A program made the position numbers and the translations under genes. 64,000 nt of DNA from Barthelona sp. PCE (lineage: Eukaryota), in NCBI GenBank assembly GCA_040285745.1, contig JAUFOR010000004.1, forward strand, positions 1,054,001 through 1,118,000, in the 5' to 3' direction. The notes under the pieces are model-generated. The model worked only from the letters and a program-made list of their open reading frames with translations. It did no database searches and was not told the origin of the DNA. Below, in pieces: positions 35,426 to 45,715 of the stretch; the stretch's first letter is position 1; every line of letters starts with the position of its first letter.

Positions 35426-38386
35426 TTAACGCCTACGCTTCTTCTTTTTCTTCTTTGCGTTTTTAGGCGCGTGACGCTTCTTCTTTTCCTTATACTGGAC
35501 ACCGTGTACACGCACTGACCCAATCATAACGTTATGCCATTCAAAATCAGTGATACACGATAGGAAATCTTCACCTGCAGGTAGATCTTCAATTATTTGT
35601 TCAAACATGTGTTGCCTAACAATCTTGATAGCGTTTCCCATTTTCAAACTTCCGTGTGTTAATTTCACTCTAAACTCACTGGAACGCACGGCATCCCATG
35701 GGCCGACCATTGGTATGATTGCCATTATCTCATCAGTTGGTTTGGGATTGAAAATGAGACGATCAATAATACTAATGGAATCCAGTAATTTCTGTACATC
35801 AGCACCCTCGGGAAGATCAAGCGCGGCAAGCTGGCCCTCAATGGAGTTATCAAGATCCATCTGGCCCTGCTTTCTCGTCTGAACAAAATTAGGTTCTGGA
35901 CATTCGGAAACTTCGTGACCAGGAAGACCGCAGTTGAAACAAAGTTTATCGATGCGCTCCTCAATGAACGTGATATCGGCCTTGGCAGGCTCCTCCTGAT
36001 GTTCCTGCTCCTCAATTTGTACTGCAGCAATAGCAGCAGCAACCTCTTCAGCCTCCATGCCCTCTTCCTCCATAGCAACCTCTAAGGCAGCCTGCTTGAG
36101 TTCGAGTTCGAGTTGGGCAATATGGGCGTCCTCGTCTTCATCAGCATCTTCATTCCGCCTCTTTTTGCTGCGCTTATGACGCTTCCCGTCATTCCGTTGA
36201 CGTTGCTGCTTCTTAGCTTTGGCCTGCTCTCTGTGCTCCTGCTCCTGCTCCTCCATGATTTCAAGCTCATCCAAGCTGATACCGAGCTTCTTCGCACGCT
36301 TTTTGCGACGACGTTCTTTTCTCGATAAGTACTTCTTGTCAGCAACAGGTTCACTTGATTCTTCATTGACAACCTCTTGCTGCGGCTCCTCCTCCTTGAC
36401 ATCGACCTGTATCACCTCAGTTGATGTCAATGGCTCGGGTTCAGCCTCTATAACAACACCCTCACCAAACTTTCGTCGATCAAGGATGTGAGATATAATA
36501 CTGTCATCACTAATGATGAATGCAAATGTCACACCCAGATCCAAACCGGGGATATCGATGTAGTTACGCTTTCCACGGATCATAAATGAACCACTAGAGA
36601 TAAACTGACCAGTTGGGGCTGTTTTGGAAACTTGCCAACTGTTGACGTAATATGCCTTTCCGTATGTCTCAGCCTCCCATGCGCGTGTCCTTGCCATACA
36701 ATATGTAGCAGCCTCCACGATTGTCGAATGAGGAATGGGCTCTTGGCTGGGATTCTTAATAACAGTAGCTGGACAACCAGCATCGTCTGTGTGGATGAAC
36801 AGATCGTAATGGGTGAGATAACGACTCACTAGGATTTCATTTTGACGAGAATCACGGCCTAGTAAAACAAGGAAGTTATCACTGGAGACAAACCAGTAGA
36901 ATTTTTCAAAGAAAAAACGATTCCGTAGAGCTAATACGTTACGCTTTGCTGGCATTTTAACTGAACCAATCTCGTCTTCTGCCTTTTTAATCAGGAAATC
37001 AGTGTGCTGCACAGTTTTTTCCAATTTAGTCTCAACTTCTTTACGTTTGCTATGGAAATCATTAAGCAATCCATGAATATTCCATTCATATGATATGTCG
37101 AACTTCATTTTCTCTTTCTTATCATGAAAACGATATGTTCTGTTAATCACATCTAACTTCTCACTCACAAAATTAACGTACGGTGATCCCTGCATTTTAG
37201 CCATCTCCAAAAAGTCACTAAACTCCTCAGGATGACACGATCCCACAAGAGGCTGGATTGCATCTATCAGTTCTTGGATAAATTCGTAATCGGCCTCGAT
37301 GTAATCGATGATTTTCGAATACTTGGCAACCTCGCCTTCGAGACCTCTGATCCTGTTCTGATGGTTCTTGATGGCCTTATCGTGCTTCTTACGTTCCTTA
37401 TTCTTTGCTTTCTCCATGATAAATTCATCTTCGTGGAGCTCAACAACTGTACACACCAAATCCAAAACATGAGAGTACGAAGGCATGGTGATGCACACGT
37501 TCTGCGACAGAGACATGATCTCGTAACAGCTGATCTCCTCTACCTTATCCCAATGTTGAAGAAAATTCTCATGGTTGATATCTTCATTGGGAATATCTTC
37601 AACACCTTCCTTTAGGTAAATGTATCCCGTCCCGTCTCGGTCTGGGTCGATAATCTGATCAACGTATCCTTTAGCAAAGTCATAAACAGCCTCATAATCC
37701 CCTGGTTCCATGGTTTGATCTGTCAATGTATGCGACATATTCAACCTATTCATGATCTCTTCAACGAACTTGCGGTCAACCCCCATGCACTTCATAATAG
37801 CGTGACCGACACTACCAGGTGTAGTAATTTTAATATTAGCATTGGAATTAACAGTGGTCTTATACTTTGTTGTAAGATCCAAAAATCCTTCACGGGTTAC
37901 AAACTGTGTGTCCTGGAGGTAGTTTGGGGGAAGTTGGCCACCAATTTCAATGGGACACTTACGATCATTGTTCTTATGACGTACAGACTGAATGATGTTG
38001 CAATCTCGATCTATTAATATGATGTTTCCCTTTGCAAAGAACTCAAAGATGAGGTGCACCATTGATTCTTCTTTACCAAAACTGATGACAATAACACGAT
38101 CCATACCGGACTGCTGAACTCCGCTCACAATTTTGCTACGGAGCACTGTACGACATTTTTGGACGAATCCGCTTGGACGTGGCGCGTGGTTACGGGAGTA
38201 TTCCGTAATGTAAATGAATTTTCCGAGATCTACAACAACTGATTCTCGATCAGCAATTGTGGTAAATTGGAATAGGAATGACTTGCGTGAGAGGTCGTAG
38301 AGGTTGGTGAGACGAGCTCCCAACAATTTCTTTCTCAACTGTGCTGTTAAAAAACAAACATCGATAAATGATAAGCTTTTCTTCAT
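35426..38386 (-). CDS. NEMF: Ribosome quality control factor NEMF/Rqc2 with CCHC zinc knuckle
   Basis: LGARLTNLYD, PSGFVQKCR, DRVIV, EFFAKGNIILID; FFEKFYWFVSSDNFLVLLGRDSRQNE; QVSKTAPTGQF..GSFMIRGKRNY; CFNCGLPGHEVSEC. Likely start MKKSLS at 38386. Confidence 0.92.
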   Translation of the reverse strand: MKKSLSFIDVCFLTAQLRKKLLGARLTNLYDLSRKSFLFQFTTIADRESVVVDLGKFIYITEYSRNHAPRPSGFVQKCRTVLRSKIVSGVQQSGMDRVIVISFGKEESMVHLIFEFFAKGNIILIDRDCNIIQSVRHKNNDRKCPIEIGGQLPPNYLQDTQFVTREGFLDLTTKYKTTVNSNANIKITTPGSVGHAIMKCMGVDRKFVEEIMNRLNMSHTLTDQTMEPGDYEAVYDFAKGYVDQIIDPDRDGTGYIYLKEGVEDIPNEDINHENFLQHWDKVEEISCYEIMSLSQNVCITMPSYSHVLDLVCTVVELHEDEFIMEKAKNKERKKHDKAIKNHQNRIRGLEGEVAKYSKIIDYIEADYEFIQELIDAIQPLVGSCHPEEFSDFLEMAKMQGSPYVNFVSEKLDVINRTYRFHDKKEKMKFDISYEWNIHGLLNDFHSKRKEVETKLEKTVQHTDFLIKKAEDEIGSVKMPAKRNVLALRNRFFFEKFYWFVSSDNFLVLLGRDSRQNEILVSRYLTHYDLFIHTDDAGCPATVIKNPSQEPIPHSTIVEAATYCMARTRAWEAETYGKAYYVNSWQVSKTAPTGQFISSGSFMIRGKRNYIDIPGLDLGVTFAFIISDDSIISHILDRRKFGEGVVIEAEPEPLTSTEVIQVDVKEEEPQQEVVNEESSEPVADKKYLSRKERRRKKRAKKLGISLDELEIMEEQEQEHREQAKAKKQQRQRNDGKRHKRSKKRRNEDADEDEDAHIAQLELELKQAALEVAMEEEGMEAEEVAAAIAAVQIEEQEHQEEPAKADITFIEERIDKLCFNCGLPGHEVSECPEPNFVQTRKQGQMDLDNSIEGQLAALDLPEGADVQKLLDSISIIDRLIFNPKPTDEIMAIIPMVGPWDAVRSSEFRVKLTHGSLKMGNAIKIVRQHMFEQIIEDLPAGEDFLSCITDFEWHNVMIGSVRVHGVQYKEKKKRHAPKNAKKKKKKRRR

Positions 38387-38608
38387 ATTTCTGTGTGTTT
38401 CTGGATAAAATACGGTGTACAAAGGTGTTCACTGGAAAAAAAATATGAGATACACGAAATGGTATTGAAAAGTGTAAGTAGCCAATGAGCTCAGAGCTCA
38501 AAGCTATATACATAGGTCATAAGACCTAGAATCATAAAACATGATGCTCAGAATGTGTCTTTACTTTCATTCAATACAACTCGAATAATAAGACGAATAA
38601 ATCATCGA

Positions 38609-39002
38609 CTAACGGCGAGCACGAGGGTTGGTACGGACACGACGATCTTCGCGAGAACGGACTCTGACAAGACGGTGGTGACAAGCACAGGAGATGCAGT
38701 AGTGCAACTTGTGATAGGTTCTGGGGATCTTGTAGTTGGTGTAGACGGAAGCGGCTTCGACATCCTTCTTGGAGGAGGCGTCGATCATGTTACGCTGAAC
38801 AGAACGGCGAATGGCTAGGTGTTAGGTTATAAAAAAAATGCTTATGCACAAAACGTTCGAGATATGCTTCTCAACATCGCTCTGTGACATGGGGACACAT
38901 ACACTTATCCTTGGCGACGCAACGACCACAGTTATCGCAGCGAACGATGGGGGTACGACCTCTGTTCTTCTTAGCACGTCCGTTGTTTCTTCTCTTCTGC
39001 AT
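38609..39002 (-). CDS. RPS26: 40S ribosomal protein S26 (eS26); exons 39002-38903 and 38814-38609; 101 aa; absent from the ORF track
   Basis: Spliced translation [101 protein letters not shown]. Confidence 0.97.
38815..38902 (-). other. Spliceosomal intron (88 nt) in RPS26
   Basis: GTATGT..CCTAACACCTAG. Removal restores the conserved KDK.I.R motif in frame. Confidence 0.95.
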
Positions 39003-40061
39003 TATAGATCAAGCAAAGCTGTAAAAAGCTAAAAAAGGGTTCTAAAAGAAGGGAAATAGGTTAATTACCTTAAAGGAAGGTTCTCAACAATGAATGATAT
39101 TATCAACAGTTTATTTGTGTAGGACGCTCGGCAACACTGTGTAAAGTGCGTGTAGCTACATGGTATGTCCATAAATACTTGTAATAAAGACATTTCCAAT
39201 TTTGCTTACGCCTCTGCGTTAAAAACAATAACATGCACCAGTAGTTTGCTTATAACCGTGCCTGCGCTGGTTTAACCTCTATTAATTCTTGAAAAAGCGA
39301 AAAATCATAATTACTGCTTCGTTGTCTTGTATTAGTTGTGTGATCTCGCTGTACTGATCAAAAATCTGCTATCGCACCACGAACCGGTGCTAAATGACCT
39401 CTACTAATTGCTCATAAACAAAGAAATCAATAAAGATGCTCAAATACAATACTCAGCTTCATAAACTTGATTTTACTGGATATTATACCTTAAAAAAAAG
39501 AGTAATATTGAATAAAATGTTCATATACTAATAAAATTTCCTAAACGTATGCAAACCTTCTTCTAAGGTTCAACTACAACCTATTCGTGATTTTCAACGA
39601 TGATCCTGTCATATTGTAAGTAAAACGACAGGACACTTTAAATGGTTAGATATCGAAGAACTTTGGCACACACTCTCACTACCAATAATCACGATCCTAA
39701 TTAGGAAGATACGGCAGTTCAGTTTGATAGAGAATGGTAATAGTGGTCCTGATCAGGAAGATCATGTAATTGATTTAGAATTGAGAATGGAACAGAATGT
39801 ACAAGGTACCATATCCGAACTTAGATCTCTGTAAAAAATCTGTTTACTCTCTCTTACTACCCGTTAACATGGATAAGAATCGGGAAGAAAATCATATAAT
39901 AGGAAGAATTATGATGACGCAAAAGTTGTTGATCCTAATTGGCTGAAAAGGCATGAATTTTTGTTCTAAATCCACATAAGTCCAGCTTTAGTATCGTTCC
40001 TGTACATATTAAATGCATTACATGTGAAAATTCGAGTAAAATGAGGACTAAAAATTTTTTT

Positions 40062-41583
40062 TAGACTTTCAGTATCCGAACTCATTCCAATGTCATCACA
40101 GTTCGAAATTGTGTTCCACACTGGGTGTGGTTCAGACTGAATTTGAAATAAAGCTTAACATGAAGAGAACGTTAAAAATCCAATGTGCAAAGACGTTTAC
40201 ATTCATATTTTTCTGTACATTCTTTGAAAATATAATTACAATGATAAGCAGATGCAGCGAATCAATCAATCTACCACTTGGCGCAATTACTGAAGTGGTA
40301 GAACAGCCACGAGAGCACCAAAATAACTTGTATGTTGAGATTACAACCAAAAATGGAGGGCAGCACCGTGTATCTTGCCGGTATACTGTCTCTGGTGGTA
40401 TTTATGCAACGAATGCAGACTTCAATTCGGAGAAATATTATATTTTCGCCCATCAAGATAGTGTTGATCTCTACAACCACCAAATCAGAGAATCTGGCTT
40501 CAAACTTGGTGAAGGATGCTTGACAAAAGCTCAGGGTCAGATGTGTGGTTTAAACATATTCACAGGGAAAATTTGGATACATCAGCTGGATTTAATGGAA
40601 CAGACAAGGATTATAAGGTCTTTGTGTACTGAAAGAAATCATATAATTAAAAGGAGCTTCCTCCCAGGTGAATATATTAACAGAATTTTGTTGGATAAAT
40701 ATACACAGGGAGTATTACAGCTTTACACACTGATTTTGAACTGGAGATAGGTAATGAATTCAGGAAAATTGGATATTACAAAGGCTTGGTTGCCCATATC
40801 ATTTCCATTCTCTGTTCCAATTTTGATGCATGTTTCTCTGCTTCCTGCGAAAGTCGGGAGAAGGGAGTTGAACATGATCAAACCGTTGAAGAGAGATCAA
40901 ATGGTTCTCCAAGCCAATTTCTTATGAGTTCTGTAGTATCCCCAAGACGAGTAAGACAAACGAGAACAATTGGCGGCACACCAACACGTATTCAAAGGAC
41001 TGAGCAGGATAAGTATGATTTTTCCGATCAGGGTGTACGTGAAAATGATATCCGTCTAGCGCTTGCCTATGGTCACACGAATCCAGCAGTGAAAGGTGTG
41101 GAAAAGATACGGGAATTAGTGCATAAGTACAAAAACACTGTAGCAAGCAATGCTGGTGTTGAGCGTGGGTTTTCCAATTTAAAAAATGCTCATAGTGCAC
41201 AACAAACAAGACTTAAAACGAAATTGCGGTATAGTTGGTACGTGTTCAATAATAGTACTGCAACATCAGCAATTTCCATCAAAGATTTTAGAGCTCTAGG
41301 GTTCAGGAGTGAAGAATAACCAGAAAATGAGTAAGAAGTTCATTGTATTTATTTCGCTTTTACTGTACGTATTTTGGGATATTTGCATAGTACTCTAACC
41401 CTTTTAGGTCTTAAAATAAAAAAGTATTGAACCAAGTTGTCCCATTATTTTTCAAACCTCATTGGATTTTTAACGTTCTCTTCATGTTAAGCTTTATTTC
41501 AAATTCAGTCTGAACCACACCCAGTGTGGAACACAATTTCGAACTGTGATGACATTGGAATGAGTTCGGATACTGAAAGTCTA
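40062..41583 (+). mobile_element. hAT-superfamily DNA transposon, 1522 bp, with perfect 124-bp TIRs and an 8-bp TSD
   Basis: TIRs at 40062-40185 and 41460-41583 are exact reverse complements starting TAGACTTTCAG. ATTTTTTT flanks both sides (40054-40061 and 41584-41591). Internal ORF has the hAT C-terminal motif ASNAGVERGFSNLK. Confidence 0.92.
40241..41319 (+). pseudogene. hAT-like transposase remnant in two frames (apparent frameshift near GGG at 40708-40710)
   Basis: Frame A ends ..PGEYINRILLDKYTQG. Frame B reads GSITALHTDFE..GLVAHIISIL..VASNAGVERGFSNLKNAHSAQQTRL. These resemble the hAT GE.I, VTD, CxxH and S...ER.FS motifs in the expected order. Confidence 0.7.
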
Positions 41584-42466
41584 ATTTTTTTGAATATTCA
41601 ATCATTATCCGTGGTTTTTTATCTCACAATTTACTTGAATTCTACCACAATGAGCTGTTTTTCTCTAATGATTATCCATAAAAAAGAGAAAGAAAAACAT
41701 TCGGCGAGTGTCACGATTTACTTTTTCTTTCCATCTGTATTGATAAGTATTCTACATTTACATTGAATTTGAATATGCTCTTAATGTTTTGAATTTGCCT
41801 AATATTTTTTTTTTCTGCGTATGAACACAATATTACAAATTTAGTAGGATATATCAACTATTATTGTACATTAGTCATTTTGAAAAGCACTTTTTAAGGG
41901 TATATGTGAGCATGGAGCATTTAAAAAAATTTACTTTTCATATTTTAAAAATATTCACCTTTTAGAAGTTTAAATAAAGAGATTCATGATCATTGTTAAA
42001 CGGTACTATATGATTAGTACTAATTACTCTTTTTATAAAACCTGCATATTCTTATTTTTGCTGGCAAAACAGGGTATCATACATGAGTCCTTACACAGCT
42101 ACATATACCCAGATGATGTCCCATCACTCTGCACAGTAACAAGTAGTCATATAAGCAAACATGTGAACATATTGAGAACATGTAAATGTAACTATTTGTT
42201 TCTATTGTAGCTTAGAATCGATTTAAAATGACTTGGAATGTGTGATTAGTTAGTAATAGATGGACTAAAGCCGCTTTATCACTTAAATAACCAAAAAAAT
42301 GTCACAAAGAGCAAAAAATTTGGGTATGTTTCTACAAAGTCATATTTTTATATTTTTTGTCCAATTAGAGCGTCTGTCTCGGCCGTGTCACACACAGAAG
42401 GATGGAAATTCTGAGGGCGATTAGTGGACCCAATGATAGCAACTTCATATTTATAACCCTTATCAC

Positions 42467-44167
42467 ATGACTGGGACTAATTCAACAGCCAAAGTAGCCA
42501 CAAGTGAAGTGGCTACAGACTCAAACAGCACAGATCCTCCGGTTAAGTCAGAGCAAGACGCTATAACACATTGTTCACTTTGCTTTCACGAAACATCATA
42601 TTATTGTATAAGGCCATGTGGGCACTCCAGCGTATGTGCCAAGTGCGTACTACGACTTCGCAAACACTACAAATCTTGTGAATGCCCTATTTGTCGATCA
42701 GAAGAACAGTTATTGATCATCGCAGACACACCAAACCAGGCATTATTGGGCCTGGAGCACAAGGAATCTCTTGTAAGTGATAGACACGATTCGGATTTGT
42801 TTTATTCATCACAAGAAGTTAAGCGTGGTGTATTACGATGGGATCATCCTCTTTGTCCGGAATGCGGCCAACACTGCCGAAACGTCAGTGGGCTCAAGAA
42901 GCATCTATGGAAGGAGCATCAACTAAAATATTGTAATCTATGTCTTAATCACAGAAAAAAGTTTTTATGTGAATTAAGCGTATATTCAGAGGATGATGTC
43001 CGCGTACACATGACTAAGGGGCTCGAATCAGAGATTCCTTTCACTGGTCATCCTCAATGCAAAGCATGTTATAAATTTTTCAGTGATATGGAAGCACTCA
43101 AGAAGCATGTTCGTGAAAAAGAGATTTATTGCGAGATATGCATGGAAGAGAACTGCGTGAGTGTATTTAGAACAAGGGAAGAATTGCAGCGTCATTATGA
43201 TTCCAAACATTTTCTTTGTTCTCATGGACAATGTCGACATGATCTTTGTGTGGTTTTCAAGGATGATAGTGGACTTCTCAACCACATCCAGGAGCAGCAT
43301 CCCGGTATATATGAGGATGTTATGATGCATGGTGGTGAATATTTAACAACAGTTAAGCGTCAATTAGTCAAGCGTTCAGAGAGAAAGAATAGGCAGCAGA
43401 AGATGGAGGGAGTCTCAGAGGTGGATAGCGGAAGCGTTCCCGACTCAATTAGGCAAGAGAGAAACCGTATTGTTTTAACAAAGGTATATGATATTCTGAA
43501 CAAGGATGAAATGCTTTTTAATGAATTTAGGGAGCTGTCTGAGGGCCTAATGCACGGCGTTGTGACGCCTATTGAATACTTGACATTCTTTGGCCAGCAG
43601 ATGAAATTATTTTCTGGGTTTGAAACTCAGCATATTAATGCCCTTAACGCTGTTGAGGCGCTTATCAAGACGATCCCCGACGGTGACATCAAAAAGCAAC
43701 TAATTAGCAGGCTGGAAGTTTATCAAACGAAATTTGAGAAATACCCACCGATTAGCGGAGCCCAGAGTGTCATTCTCACCCGTGATCTGGGCCCCAAGCT
43801 ATCGACCAGGCCACCTAAGGAGATCAGAGCGTTCAGAAGTAAGTCAGTTTCACCAATGTTAGTTTCACCAATGTTAGTTGCACAAATCCCAAAATCGAAA
43901 CCTACTTTAGCCAGTGCTATTAAAGCAGGTGGGTCGTTGCGTAACAAGCCCATATTCCCCGAGCTCGAGAAGGTGGAACAGGTGGCTAATGCGCATCGTT
44001 CGTTCAGGTTGCCCAAACCACCGAAGCAAGTACAGAAACGTGAAGTCCAAAGGGGTGCTTTGAATTTAAGTGTGAGAAGCAACGAGACCTTGGAAAGAAA
44101 CGTTGGCAAGAAAAAGAAGAAGAAGAAGAAGAGAGATGAAGAGAATGTCACTGATTTGTTTTTCTAA
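42467..44167 (+). CDS. ZNF598: E3 ubiquitin ligase ZNF598/Hel2 (RING plus C2H2 fingers)
   Basis: RING CSLC..PCGHSSVCAKCVLRLR..CPICR; LKKHLWKEH..YCNLC; FTGHPQC; HFLC..C..VVF. Confidence 0.88.
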   Translation: MTGTNSTAKVATSEVATDSNSTDPPVKSEQDAITHCSLCFHETSYYCIRPCGHSSVCAKCVLRLRKHYKSCECPICRSEEQLLIIADTPNQALLGLEHKESLVSDRHDSDLFYSSQEVKRGVLRWDHPLCPECGQHCRNVSGLKKHLWKEHQLKYCNLCLNHRKKFLCELSVYSEDDVRVHMTKGLESEIPFTGHPQCKACYKFFSDMEALKKHVREKEIYCEICMEENCVSVFRTREELQRHYDSKHFLCSHGQCRHDLCVVFKDDSGLLNHIQEQHPGIYEDVMMHGGEYLTTVKRQLVKRSERKNRQQKMEGVSEVDSGSVPDSIRQERNRIVLTKVYDILNKDEMLFNEFRELSEGLMHGVVTPIEYLTFFGQQMKLFSGFETQHINALNAVEALIKTIPDGDIKKQLISRLEVYQTKFEKYPPISGAQSVILTRDLGPKLSTRPPKEIRAFRSKSVSPMLVSPMLVAQIPKSKPTLASAIKAGGSLRNKPIFPELEKVEQVANAHRSFRLPKPPKQVQKREVQRGALNLSVRSNETLERNVGKKKKKKKKRDEENVTDLFF

Positions 44168-44173
44168 TTTATT

Positions 44174-45715
44174 CTAATTTGTTTGATTGTTTTGATCAAA
44201 CCGTTCATTTCTCCTCTCACGTGCTATTTCAACACTATGTCTTAGATTATCTGATAATTTCTCAATTATCACTTCTTCATGTTCTAGTAAAATGTTCAGG
44301 AAAAATTCATTGTGTGCATCATATTGTCTTTTCGATAACTGAGTAAGAATGAGTGGCTTGTATCTGCACAATAAATCAACTAATTCTAAATCTTCAAGTC
44401 CTTCTGTTTCTTTGTTGATATCACATTCTTTTAGCGCATAGACGAAGGATTTCTCCATCTCTATATCGAACACCTCAGCTGCAAGGCTATGGAGTGCCTG
44501 GTAGTTGACTGTACTTCCAAATGCTTGTACTAATTTTGGTGATTTTTTACCAATCTTCGGGAAATGTCGATCATCGAACGTGTTATGAGTAAAATTCTTT
44601 CGCTGCTCAACACCAAATAGTGCTGCGAAGTGCTTGAGGATCAATACACTCTGTTCATTAAAAAACTGGAGTAATGTATCATGAACATCAACTTTTTTCT
44701 TTTGTATTTTTTTCGAAATCTTCCTCCAACCAGACAACGATTCCAATTTAATGCTAGTCTGCAATTCACCCTCCTCAATGTCAACAACAAGATGAGACTT
44801 GACTGTCATTGGTATTATCGGATCAGTGCACCCATAAACACCAGCTGGTAATGTACTATCGCTTGACACTAATTTATGAGCTACAGTCAGGTATGGGCGC
44901 ACAAGGCCACCATACGGTAGGGGTTGAAGTAATGCTACCAGCGAAATTACAGCCATGCTAACATTATGTGGATTGCAGCCATGTATAATAATCGATAAAC
45001 CACGGAGCAGGGCAACGTAAATAGACGCTAGCAGGGGGACAATGGGTGTGAGGTATGGCTCTACACTGAATGACGGAGGCAAAAAAGGGATTTGTTTTTC
45101 TAAAAAAAGGTCAGAGTCATCTCCGTATAAAAAGAAACCAGGTAGTTGCATAGGACCATTTATGTGTTGTTCTGAAAGGCGGCGTAGATAAGGAGGTATG
45201 CTTTTAAGGACGAACTCAAACTCATCTGTGAATATTCGTAAAATATACTTATTCCCAAGTCTTGGTTGTGTACACTCCATAAAAGACATTGCTACACATT
45301 CAAGGAAGATTGAAAAGTCATCTCTTGGGAAGTCAATCAAAAATTTCACAAGACAAGCTGTAATATCCAGAAAAATTGGAGAAAAATGCTTTGTGATGAA
45401 AATTACTGTTTCTTGTTTGAAATTACGTGCTTCAGAGCTGGCAAAGTAACTGATGAACGTACAGAACCCAAAAAATGTGTCTTTTAATATTCCATCATCC
45501 AATTCTGTTCGCCAAACAAAATTAAGTGTTGATATGGACGAATTCGGACTTATTGTACTTAGAGCCTGGCTATCTGGAAAGCTAAGCCCCCCTACACAAC
45601 TTGATACACTCTCTGTCATTGTTGGAAGTGAAGCTACAACAGTATTGCCCACTAAATCGTTGAATTCTGCAATGGCAATATATTCCACCCATAATTTAAG
45701 GAATTCAAAGTCCAT
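44174..45715 (-). CDS. DENN-domain protein (DENND6/AVL9-like Rab GEF)
   Basis: IAIAEFNDLVGN..LSFPDS; FGFCTF..RNFKQ; VSMAVISLVALLQPLPYGGLVRPYLTV..GCTDP. Confidence 0.75.
   Translation of the reverse strand: MDFEFLKLWVEYIAIAEFNDLVGNTVVASLPTMTESVSSCVGGLSFPDSQALSTISPNSSISTLNFVWRTELDDGILKDTFFGFCTFISYFASSEARNFKQETVIFITKHFSPIFLDITACLVKFLIDFPRDDFSIFLECVAMSFMECTQPRLGNKYILRIFTDEFEFVLKSIPPYLRRLSEQHINGPMQLPGFFLYGDDSDLFLEKQIPFLPPSFSVEPYLTPIVPLLASIYVALLRGLSIIIHGCNPHNVSMAVISLVALLQPLPYGGLVRPYLTVAHKLVSSDSTLPAGVYGCTDPIIPMTVKSHLVVDIEEGELQTSIKLESLSGWRKISKKIQKKKVDVHDTLLQFFNEQSVLILKHFAALFGVEQRKNFTHNTFDDRHFPKIGKKSPKLVQAFGSTVNYQALHSLAAEVFDIEMEKSFVYALKECDINKETEGLEDLELVDLLCRYKPLILTQLSKRQYDAHNEFFLNILLEHEEVIIEKLSDNLRHSVEIARERRNERFDQNNQTN

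Noticed and set aside
39159-39250. ATG followed by GTATGT, a possible start-codon intron or trans-splicing half
   Set aside because: No 3' end matching NYTAAYNYYTAG and no open downstream exon found.
42299-42370. ATG..GTATGT..AG upstream of ZNF598, intron-sized
   Set aside because: Branch motif does not fit, and both candidate acceptors lead to stops before the ZNF598 frame.
43846-43879. 15-bp tandem duplication (VSPML x2) in ZNF598
   Set aside because: Real but a trivial in-frame slippage in a disordered region.
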